A DNA stretch of 39,263 nucleotides from Gemmatimonadales bacterium (GTDB lineage: Bacteria; Gemmatimonadota; Gemmatimonadetes; Palauibacterales; KS3-K002). The notes under the pieces were generated by a model. That model was not told the origin of the DNA. It ran no database searches and saw only the letters and a program-made list of their open reading frames with translations. Both the position numbers and the translations under genes were made by a program. The stretch is taken from positions 1 through 39,263 of the forward strand of contig JASFLD010000001.1 in NCBI GenBank assembly GCA_050118275.1, read 5' to 3'. Below, one piece after another: positions 17,634 through 25,489 of this stretch (its first letter is position 1; each line of letters starts with the position of its first letter).

Positions 17634-18374
17634 ATGAAGTGGACATACGCAGGTAGGACCGATGTCGGAAAGGTCCGGCCCGGCAACGAGGATGCCTTCT
17701 TCGCCGATAACGAGCGGGGCGTATTCATCGTGGCGGACGGCATGGGGGGACACGTCGCTGGAGAAGTCGCCAGCCAGATCGTCACAGAGACGGTCGGCCC
17801 CGGCGTTTGTGATGCCATCGGTGACGGGTTACGCGCGGATCAGCTCAAAGATCGCGTCCTCGAGCTGATCGAGGAAGCGAATCAGGCGATCCTCGAGCGT
17901 GCCGAGAGCGAGCCCGAGAAACGCGGGATGGGGACCACGCTGACCCTGCTGGCGTTGGTGTCTGGAGCGAAGTACTTGATTCAGCAGGTCGGGGACAGCC
18001 GTGGCTACCTGCTTCGGGGTGGCGTGCTGAATCAGATCACGCGTGACCACACCGTGGTACAGCAACAGGTGGACCGAGGAGCGCTGACTCCCGAGCAAGC
18101 GCGGGACCATCCCCTTTCACATATCCTGACCCGGGCGCTCGGCACCGAGAATAACGTGGAGGCCGACAGCTTCCACGACACCACGAAATCCGGCGACATT
18201 TTTCTGCTCTGCTCGGATGGACTGAGTGGCATGCTCAGCGACGATGTCATCGAGGCGATACTCTCGACGCCTACGGACGATCTACAGGACGTCGCGGATG
18301 CCCTGGTCGATGCCGCCAACGCGGCGGGTGGTCTGGACAACGTCACGGCCGTGGTCGTGAAGGTGATCGAGTAG
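17634..18374 (+). CDS. PP2C-family (Stp1/PrpC-like) Ser/Thr protein phosphatase
   Basis: GKVRPGNEDAF, VADGMGGHVAGEVAS, GTTLT, LLCSDGL and a C-terminal GGLDNVTAVV are the classical PPM motifs. Confidence 0.9.
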   Translation: MKWTYAGRTDVGKVRPGNEDAFFADNERGVFIVADGMGGHVAGEVASQIVTETVGPGVCDAIGDGLRADQLKDRVLELIEEANQAILERAESEPEKRGMGTTLTLLALVSGAKYLIQQVGDSRGYLLRGGVLNQITRDHTVVQQQVDRGALTPEQARDHPLSHILTRALGTENNVEADSFHDTTKSGDIFLLCSDGLSGMLSDDVIEAILSTPTDDLQDVADALVDAANAAGGLDNVTAVVVKVIE

Positions 18375-18397
18375 CCCGAGCCGGCCCAAGCCCATCC

Positions 18398-19735
18398 TCA
18401 ATCCCCCCGGAAGCCCGTAAGGGCGATGATCTCCTCCTCGCGAGCGGTCACCAGCTCGAGCACGCGATCGGGCTCGGGCAGTTCCGTCCGCGGCCAGCTG
18501 AATACACGGAGCACCCGGGCGGTGTGATAGAGATCACGGCCGAGACGCGGAAGCTCGATCAGGCCAGTGCGCCCGGCGGCAGTCAACCGCTGAACGAGCC
18601 CGTCACGTCCAACCATCAGAATGTCCAGCTCCAACAGCCCGGCCTTCGACGGGTAGTCGATGAACAAGCTGCCGGGTTCGATGCCCAGCTCGCGGGCGAG
18701 GTGGTCCTCCACGGCCGCTCGCAGCTCGGGGCGCTGGTGGAACCAGGGCGCGACCTCGCGCTGCAGGCGCGTCAGGGCTTCGCTCAGAGCGTCGCCCCAC
18801 CACTCGGCCGCCCGTTTCGGCAGCCGCCGATGGCGGAGCACCGGCAGATACAGCTCGCGGGCACGCCTGGCGCTCTCGGTCGTGCTCTGTGAAGCCAGGA
18901 CCTCCAGCGAGCTGAGCAGTTCCTCGTCTCCTGCACCCACGACGTGTTCGCGCCTTGCCCAGCCGTCTTTCAGCGCGTCGCGCACGAGGCGCTGGAAGGT
19001 GACCGAGGCGGCCCGCACCGCGTGGTGCCAGTAGACGTTCCTGAACATCTGATACTTGGCGAAGAGTAGCGACTCGAGGGCCGAAAGGCCCTGAGCCGCT
19101 ACGCCGAGCTCGTATCGACCGCTGTCGGGATCCCGCAGCACCCGCAGCGAATCGAGCAGGCGGTCCACGTCGATGTCGCCATACGGTACGCCGCAGAACT
19201 GGGCGTCCCGGGTCAGATACTCGATCTTATCCAGATCGAGTGATCCCGAGACGAGACCCTGCAGGGGACTGACGGATCGACCGAGTATCAGTTGGTGGAT
19301 CTCGGCGGTCGCGGTGGCTCCGAGGGTCTGCAGCGCCCCCGCAACTTCGGAATCGGCCAGAAACTCGCCGGCCAGCGCTTCGTGGTCGTGGGGCACGAGG
19401 GCGACCTCGAGCTCTTCCAGGGCATGGCTGAAAGGATAGTGCCCGATGTCGTGCAGCAGGCCGGCCAGGCGAAGGATCGTAAGATCACGGGGCGTGACGC
19501 CAGCCAGCTCGCCGGTTCGGTCCAGCAGGCTCAGGGCTCGTCCGGTCAGATGGTACACGCCGAGAGCGTGATCGAACCGGGTATGGACGGCTCCGGGGTA
19601 GACCAGGTTGGCCAGGCCTAGCTGCTTCACCCGCCGAAGACGTTGGAAGGGAACCGAGTCGATGAGGCGGAGAGCGATGGGCTCGATCCATATGTTGTTC
19701 CAGACGGTGTCTCGGATGACGGTCATGGCTGCCAC
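18398..19735 (-). CDS. HD-domain protein, SAMHD1/dNTP triphosphohydrolase-like
   Basis: FQRLRRVKQLGLANLVYPGAVHTRFDHALGVYHL and LLHDIGHYPFSHALE match the SAMHD1-type HD signature as I recall it (FQRLR.IKQLG...PGA.H.RF.HSLGV...LLHD.GH.PFSH). Confidence 0.85.
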   Translation of the reverse strand: MAAMTVIRDTVWNNIWIEPIALRLIDSVPFQRLRRVKQLGLANLVYPGAVHTRFDHALGVYHLTGRALSLLDRTGELAGVTPRDLTILRLAGLLHDIGHYPFSHALEELEVALVPHDHEALAGEFLADSEVAGALQTLGATATAEIHQLILGRSVSPLQGLVSGSLDLDKIEYLTRDAQFCGVPYGDIDVDRLLDSLRVLRDPDSGRYELGVAAQGLSALESLLFAKYQMFRNVYWHHAVRAASVTFQRLVRDALKDGWARREHVVGAGDEELLSSLEVLASQSTTESARRARELYLPVLRHRRLPKRAAEWWGDALSEALTRLQREVAPWFHQRPELRAAVEDHLARELGIEPGSLFIDYPSKAGLLELDILMVGRDGLVQRLTAAGRTGLIELPRLGRDLYHTARVLRVFSWPRTELPEPDRVLELVTAREEEIIALTGFRGD

Positions 19736-19750
19736 GCATCTCCCGGCCTG

Positions 19751-19787
19751 AAATCATGAAGCGACCCGTCCTGGCAGACGAGTCGCT
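19751..19787 (-). terminator. Intrinsic terminator-like hairpin downstream of the ferredoxin gene
   Basis: The minus-strand RNA AGCGACUCGUC-UGCCAG-GACGGGUCGCU forms an 11-bp stem including one G.U pair, followed by UCAUGAUUU. It lies 40 nt after the ferredoxin stop. Confidence 0.45.
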
Positions 19788-19825
19788 CGGTCCCCGCGCC
19801 TCGACCGAATTGTAGGCGCGTTGGC

Positions 19826-20080
19826 TCAGTGGAGTAGCTGGTACTTGGCGAGAAGCTCTTCCTGCGACTCCGGAAAATCCGGGTTCTCCGTGATACACTC
19901 GACGGGACACACCTCCTGGCACTGCGGTTCGGCGTGGGCGCCCACACACTCGGTGCACCGCTCGACATCGATCCAGTACACGGGTACGTCGGTTGCCACC
20001 CCCTCGTTGACCGCCTCGTTCGGGCACACCGGCATACAGGCGCCGCAATCGATGCATTCATCCGTGATCATCATCGCCAT
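19826..20080 (-). CDS. YfhL-type 2x[4Fe-4S] ferredoxin
   Basis: Two cluster motifs are present, CIDCGACMPVCP and CTECVG....QCQEVCPVEC. I chose ATG at 20080 (MAMMITDEC) because GAGG lies about 9 nt upstream. The ORF-track start at 20110 adds 10 unlikely residues. Confidence 0.9.
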   Translation of the reverse strand: MAMMITDECIDCGACMPVCPNEAVNEGVATDVPVYWIDVERCTECVGAHAEPQCQEVCPVECITENPDFPESQEELLAKYQLLH

Positions 20081-20315
20081 GGGACTCGACCTCCGCTCGC
20101 GGGTTGCCAATCAGCATACGGCGCGATTACCGATTGCGAGAAAAGGGCCACTGCGTGGGCGCACCGTTAAGCTATAGATATCAACAGGTTAACACAACGA
20201 TCGACTTTTTGCTGCGGCCGACTGGAATGGCCCGTCGGGGACAGATTGCCCCATGAAACAGATTCTTCTGGGGCAGCCGCGCTCCGGCGATTCCCACGGA
20301 AGAGGCGCCGGAGAC

Positions 20316-20343
20316 GGGGGGGCAGGTTCGGCCCCTACCCCCC
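20316..20343 (-). terminator. GC-rich hairpin in the maeB 3' region (possible U-tract-less terminator or stabiliser)
   Basis: The minus-strand RNA GGGGGGUAGG-GGCCGAA-CCUGCCCCCC forms a 10-bp stem with one G.U pair. The same position is a C/A mismatch on the plus strand, so the fold favours the minus-strand transcript. No U-run follows. Confidence 0.3.
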
Positions 20344-20392
20344 TTGCGATACTGATCGCGTTCGCGCACGCGTCCCGGCAAAGGCGCTCTTC

Positions 20393-22684
20393 CTATGTGT
20401 TGGCCAGTAGCGGAGCCTCCTCGGCTGCACGCTGTTGTGCGTCGACGACGGCGATCGCCGTGAGGTTCACGATCTCCTTCACGTCGCTGCCGCGCTGCAG
20501 GATGTGAACGGGCTTCTTCATCCCCAACAGGATCGGCCCGATTGCCGTCGCGCCACCGATCCTTGCCAGCAGCTTGTAAGCAGCGTTTGCGGTATTGAGA
20601 TCGGGGAAGACGAGGACGTTCGCTCGCTCCTGCAGGCGGCTGAACGAGTAGCGGCTCTTGAGTATCTCGGGCACGACAGCGCTGTCTGCCTGCATCTCCC
20701 CGTCGACGATCATGTCTGGGCAACGTTCCTTCACGATCTTGGTCGCTTGCGCAACCTTGCTCGACTCGGGGTGCCGAACAGAGCCGAAATTCGAGAAGGA
20801 TATCATCGCGACGCGAGGGTCCATTCCCATGCGCTGAGCGAATCGCGCGGCGAGAATGGCGGTCTCCGCCAGCGTCTCGGCGTCGGTCGTGATGTTAACC
20901 GTCGTGTCGGCGAAGAACAGGATGTCCTTTTCGAGAACCATCATGTACAGGCCGGCGACCCTCTGAGTGTCCGCAGCGGTGCCGACAGTCTCGAGGCACG
21001 GTCTTAGCGCCTCCGGGTAATGCATTTCCTCGCCGGCGATCAGCCCATCGACATCACCCATGTGAAGCATCATCGCTGCAAAGTAGATCGGTTTCTCCAG
21101 TCGTTCCTCCGCCTCGGCCCGGGTGATGCCCTTGCGCTGTCGCTCACGGAAGAACCGCTCGATGTAATCCTTGCGCTTGGGATGATTGACGGGATCGACG
21201 ATCTCGAGGTGCTTGCCGTCGAGATCGATCGCGAAGTCCTTGATTGCTTGGTTGATCTTCTGCGGATTGCCGACCAAAACGGGTCGAGCTACTCGCTCTT
21301 CCAGGCAGGTGCGCGCCGCGTGCAGGACTCTGTCATCGGTGGCCTCCGGGAAGACGATTCGCTGCAGTTTGGGTCCGTGCTGAGCCTTGACTACGATGTC
21401 ACGCGTCACCTCCCGCGCGCGACCCAGCCGGGCCTCCAGCTGATTGAGGTACTCCTCGATGTCGATCTTGACTCGCGCCACGCCCGACTCCATCGCCGCT
21501 CGCGCGACGGCGGGCGCTTCCCAGAGCAGCACGCGGGAATCGATGGGCTTCGGGATGAGATAATCGCGGCCGAAGGAGAGCTTCTGGACACCGTAAGCGC
21601 GAGCGACGTCCTCTGGGACGGCCTCCCTGGCCAGATCGGCCAGGGCCCGGGTGGCGGCCATCTTCATCGCCTCGTTGGTCGCCGTGGCTCGAACATCCAG
21701 GGCCCCGCGGAAGATGAATGGGAAACCGAGAACGTTGTTCACCTGGTTCGGGTAGTCAGAGCGACCGGTGGCCATGATGACGTCCTTACGTGCTTTCAGG
21801 GCGTCCTCGGGGAGGATCTCGGGATCCGGATTGGCCATGGCGAACACGATGGGATTGTCCGCCATGTTCTTCAGGTCGTCACCGTCGATCACGCCGGGTT
21901 GGGAGAGCCCGATGAAGACATCGGCGTCCTTGATCGCATCCGACAGTGTCCGATCCGAGGTCTTGTGGGCGAAGCGAGCCTTGAAGGGATTCAAGTTCTC
22001 GCGTTCCGAGTGAATCACGCCCTTGCTGTCGGTCAGGAAGATGTTCTCGCGTTGCGCGCCAAGCGAGATGTAGTGCTCCGCGCAGGCGATTCCCGCCGCA
22101 CCCGCGCCGCTCACCACGATTTTCACCGATGCCATGTCCTTGCCGGCGACCTCCAACGCGTTGAGGAGCCCGGCTGCGCTGATGATCGCTGTGCCGTGCT
22201 GGTCATCGTGGAAGACTGGAATGTTGAGGCGCTCGATCAACGTCTTCTCGATGTGGAAGCAGTCGGGCGCTGCGATATCCTCGAGGTTGATGCCGCCGAC
22301 CGTCGGCTCGAGTAGCTCGCAGAAGTGGATCATGTCCTCGGGGTCCGTGCTGCCGACCTCGATGTCGAACACGTCGATGTCGGCGAACCGCTTGAATAGT
22401 ACCCCCTTCCCCTCCATGACTGGCTTCGCGGCGAGTGGCCCGATGCGACCGAGACCGAGAACCGCGGTCCCGTTCGATACCACCGCCACGAGGTTGCCTT
22501 TCGCTGTGTACTTGAAGACCGTGTCTTCATCCTTGTGGATCTCGCGGCACGGTTCCGCCACTCCGGGAGTGTATGCGAGGGATAGGTCACGCTGCGTGTT
22601 GCACGGCTTCGTGACCGCCAACGCGATCTTGCCCGGTCGGCCCTCGGAGTGATAGGCCAGCGCCTCTTCACGTCTAATCGCCAT
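20393..22684 (-). CDS. maeB: NADP-dependent malic enzyme with C-terminal phosphotransacetylase-like domain
   Basis: At 763 aa it has an N-terminal malic enzyme core (LSLAYTPGVA, VVSNGTAVLGLG, VVSGAGAAG) plus a roughly 330-aa PTA-like C-terminal domain, which is the typical MaeB architecture. Confidence 0.95.
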   Translation of the reverse strand: MAIRREEALAYHSEGRPGKIALAVTKPCNTQRDLSLAYTPGVAEPCREIHKDEDTVFKYTAKGNLVAVVSNGTAVLGLGRIGPLAAKPVMEGKGVLFKRFADIDVFDIEVGSTDPEDMIHFCELLEPTVGGINLEDIAAPDCFHIEKTLIERLNIPVFHDDQHGTAIISAAGLLNALEVAGKDMASVKIVVSGAGAAGIACAEHYISLGAQRENIFLTDSKGVIHSERENLNPFKARFAHKTSDRTLSDAIKDADVFIGLSQPGVIDGDDLKNMADNPIVFAMANPDPEILPEDALKARKDVIMATGRSDYPNQVNNVLGFPFIFRGALDVRATATNEAMKMAATRALADLAREAVPEDVARAYGVQKLSFGRDYLIPKPIDSRVLLWEAPAVARAAMESGVARVKIDIEEYLNQLEARLGRAREVTRDIVVKAQHGPKLQRIVFPEATDDRVLHAARTCLEERVARPVLVGNPQKINQAIKDFAIDLDGKHLEIVDPVNHPKRKDYIERFFRERQRKGITRAEAEERLEKPIYFAAMMLHMGDVDGLIAGEEMHYPEALRPCLETVGTAADTQRVAGLYMMVLEKDILFFADTTVNITTDAETLAETAILAARFAQRMGMDPRVAMISFSNFGSVRHPESSKVAQATKIVKERCPDMIVDGEMQADSAVVPEILKSRYSFSRLQERANVLVFPDLNTANAAYKLLARIGGATAIGPILLGMKKPVHILQRGSDVKEIVNLTAIAVVDAQQRAAEEAPLLANT

Positions 22685-23257
22685 TGCGGATCGCTCCTTC
22701 AGTATGTGGGGCTAAACCGAAATACAACCGCAAGAGTGAGGCCACGTGGCAACTTCTGCAAGAAGGCACGCGGCAAGCCATCTTGAGCGCGGCGAACCCA
22801 GAGCCAGCACGCCGCCTACTATGGCACCATCGACGAGTATATCATTCACCCGCTTGGTCCGGGCTGATCGCTTGAGTCCCGTTGTGGCATCGATTGCAAC
22901 GACGAGCGATCCGCCGCAAGAACCGTGAGGCCTGTAGCTGGACGCTCCAAGGCGCGACTCGGCCTCATGTCAACCGAGAGCTGGTGGCTGACCTGCGGCG
23001 AAGACCCTGCGGCACTTGAACCCTTGGAAACGCTGAGTGCACTGGACTCGTGGATTCCCTCGCGCTGCGGGCCTTTCCATGAGACTTCACAGATCGTCAG
23101 AGACATCCAAAGCTGGCGCAGACCAGAGATCTGCGCATCTCCGATGCAACAGCCGCGCGTAATCGATGCCGCCCGTACACACCAGTATCGCCTCTGGGAC
23201 GAGTGAGCCTCGGTGGGGCCAAGAGAAACGACAATACGGTGGGGACGGTGTTAGGTT

Positions 23258-24766
23258 TTGTCAATTCGCACGGACGTCGCTCAGGGGAACTGGAACCGCG
23301 CTTCAAAGGGGGGCGTTAGACCGGCCGTGATCGATGGTATGGTTGTCATCGCCTATCTGGGCAGTGTTCTGGCTATCGGCTGGCGCTCGCGCCGACAATC
23401 GCCCGAATCGTACTGGGTGGCGGACCGCCGATACTCGGCAAGCACCGTCGCGGTGTCGCTCGTTGCCACGATCTTCGGGGCATCGTCGACGATCGGCATC
23501 ATCGGACTTGGCTACGCGCGGGGCCTGACCGCCGCCTGGTGGTCGCTCATCGGAGCGGTTGCCCTCGTGCCGTTCGGGTTGTTTCTGGCCGCGCGTGTCC
23601 GAGCGCTTGAGGTCTATACTCTCCCGGACATCCTGAAGAAGGCGTACGGGAACCGCGTGGCGGTGCCCGCCGCCGTGGTGATCGCCATAGCCTGGTGCGG
23701 GGTCGTGGCGGCGCAGATGACCGCGGGGGCGCTCTTGATGAGCGGTATCCTGGCGCTGGACTACGCCTCGGCGCTCGCCGTGGTCGCCGTCGCGTTCATC
23801 CTTTACACCTACTGGGGCGGTCAGCTGTCGGTCATTCGGACGGATTCGTGGCAGCTCGCCCTATTCGTTGGCGGGCTGGCGGTCTGCCTGGCCCTGCTGT
23901 CCATGGCGTCCAGGGGCCACGCGCCGGCGGGAGGCATTCCGGAGGGGCACTTCGCGTTTCCTGTCTCGCAAGGCTTCGGTTGGTATGACCTCGTGGTCTT
24001 CTACCCGCTCATCGTAGGCCTGCCGTACCTCGCGGGCCCGGATATATACTCGCGCGTCCTTTGCGCGCGGGACACGGTAGCGGCGCGCAATGCAGCGCTG
24101 GTTGGAGCGGCGGCGGTCGTGCCGATCTCGTTCCTGCTCGCTTTTCTAGGTATGCTGATCCGCGCCAGGTTCCCGACAATCGCTCCCGAAACGGCACTGC
24201 CCACGGCTGTCGGGCAACTCGTGCCGGCGGGACTTGCGGGCTTGGTCGTGGCAGGGTTCCTGGCCGCCGTCATGTCATCGGCGGATACGACCCTGATATC
24301 GGTATCGACGATCCTCTCACTCAACGTCTTCGGTGCGGGCAACCGCCTGTCGCGGGAGCGGCAGCTTCGATTGACACGACTGGCGCTGGTTGGCGTGGGA
24401 GGGGTCGCCTGGGCGATTGCGGGCTTCGAGCGGGGCATCATCTCGGCGCTCCTTCTGGGCTACACCGTCTTCGTGGGGGGCGTCGTGTTTCCCACCCTTG
24501 CGACCTTCCTGAGGGACCGCGTCAGAATCGCGCCTTCGGTAGCGATGACGGCTGTGATCGTCGGCGGGGCGACGGCGGTGTTGGGAGCCCTGCGGGACGG
24601 TGCGCTCCTGGCGGGCATGCTCGGACCGGCCGACGGCCCGCTGATCCGATTGCTCGGCCCCCGCTATCCTGCCCTCCTGCCCGTACTACTGAGTTTGGGG
24701 ATCCTCGCGCTCGGAGCCGCCCTGGGCCGGGTATTCTCAGGTCGAATCTGCGCGGTCGGCGAGTGA
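23258..24766 (+). CDS. Sodium:solute symporter (SSS) family transporter
   Basis: About 13 hydrophobic segments. The N-terminus VVIAYLGSVLAIGWRSRR....YWVADRR is typical of SSS proteins. The ORF-track start is TTG at 23258. GTG at 23327 or ATG at 23339 look more likely as true starts. Confidence 0.85.
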   Translation: MSIRTDVAQGNWNRASKGGVRPAVIDGMVVIAYLGSVLAIGWRSRRQSPESYWVADRRYSASTVAVSLVATIFGASSTIGIIGLGYARGLTAAWWSLIGAVALVPFGLFLAARVRALEVYTLPDILKKAYGNRVAVPAAVVIAIAWCGVVAAQMTAGALLMSGILALDYASALAVVAVAFILYTYWGGQLSVIRTDSWQLALFVGGLAVCLALLSMASRGHAPAGGIPEGHFAFPVSQGFGWYDLVVFYPLIVGLPYLAGPDIYSRVLCARDTVAARNAALVGAAAVVPISFLLAFLGMLIRARFPTIAPETALPTAVGQLVPAGLAGLVVAGFLAAVMSSADTTLISVSTILSLNVFGAGNRLSRERQLRLTRLALVGVGGVAWAIAGFERGIISALLLGYTVFVGGVVFPTLATFLRDRVRIAPSVAMTAVIVGGATAVLGALRDGALLAGMLGPADGPLIRLLGPRYPALLPVLLSLGILALGAALGRVFSGRICAVGE

Positions 24767-24936
24767 GGAGTCAGGGAGGGCCAGCGTCTTCCGGCGCGTG
24801 CTCGACCTGCCCTGACGCTCGATCCCCCGGTTCGATCGGCTCGCACACTTTCCGGGTCTGCGATCTTCCGGTGCGAGACCGACATCAGGGTACTTTCCAC
24901 ACTCGGAACCGGCTCTCGAAAGCGCCGACTCTCTTG

Positions 24937-25146
24937 CTACTGAGAGGCCGGCTTCGCCTCGCGATGTATGCCGGTCCAGCGCAGAATGTCCTCCATCAGG
25001 CACCACTTGGTGAGCGATGACTGGATCAGGTTCAGGCCGACAAAGGCCGTGAACAGGAACCAGTAGGGACTGACCCACCAGCCGAGCGCCAGACTGCCCA
25101 GGATGAAAGTACCGGCGATGAATCGGATCTTGTGGTGAAGTGACAT
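24937..25146 (-). CDS. DUF2892 (YgaP membrane-domain-like) small inner-membrane protein
   Basis: 69 aa with two TM helices. GLNLIQSSLTKWCLMEDILRWTG matches the DUF2892 hallmark as I recall it (GLNL.QS..TG.CP....L..LG), including the conserved Cys. GAGG lies 6 nt upstream of the ATG. Confidence 0.75.
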   Translation of the reverse strand: MSLHHKIRFIAGTFILGSLALGWWVSPYWFLFTAFVGLNLIQSSLTKWCLMEDILRWTGIHREAKPASQ

Positions 25147-25167
25147 TTTGCCTCACTTTGTTGGTTG

Positions 25168-25488
25168 TCAGTCGGTCAAGGATTGGTTGACCTCACAGCA
25201 AGTGAATTGCTCCACGTTCAACATAGTCGCGCGAATCGGGTGTCGCGGATCCTGTACTCCTTCGCAGCCGGCGATGGATTGCATCACGGTAGAGGCATGC
25301 TCGTCGGGTAGAATGGCCATGACGAGCTGCGATTGGTAGGGCAGGATTTCACCGCTCCAACCGACGGGACTACCAGGTCCGTGCCCTTCAACCGACAGGC
25401 GGCTGAACGCCTGGACCCCGATTTCGCCGAGCAATCGGTCGACGCACTTCTGGTCTTCCTTCAAGTACATGAGCAGCACGAGTTTCAT
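25168..25488 (-). CDS. Small P-II-fold-like (DUF3240-like) protein associated with the RND pump
   Basis: 106 aa with a beta-alpha-beta x2 pattern (MKLVLLMYL..DQKCVDRLLGEIGVQAFSRLSVEGHG.....QLVMAILPDEHASTVMQSI) resembling GlnB/CutA-type ferredoxin-like folds. Its ATG begins 1 nt after the pump stop codon. The fold call rests on pattern only. Confidence 0.55.
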   Translation of the reverse strand: MKLVLLMYLKEDQKCVDRLLGEIGVQAFSRLSVEGHGPGSPVGWSGEILPYQSQLVMAILPDEHASTVMQSIAGCEGVQDPRHPIRATMLNVEQFTCCEVNQSLTD

Positions 25489-25489
25489 G

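Noticed and set aside
21020-22315. 431-aa ORF antisense to maeB
   Set aside because: The reason is the same: a shadow frame of a confidently identified gene, with low-complexity, Arg/Asp/Leu/Gly-rich composition.
22685-23257. Riboswitch (for example glycine or another transporter-linked class) upstream of the symporter
   Set aside because: I could not recognise any conserved riboswitch core by eye. It is left as an open question under findings rather than called as a feature.
24770-24816. Long interrupted hairpin GTCAGGGAGG...CCTGCCCTGAC between the convergent symporter and DUF2892 genes
   Set aside because: It has a 26-nt loop and no U-tract on either strand. It could be a bidirectional terminator, but the support is too weak to call.
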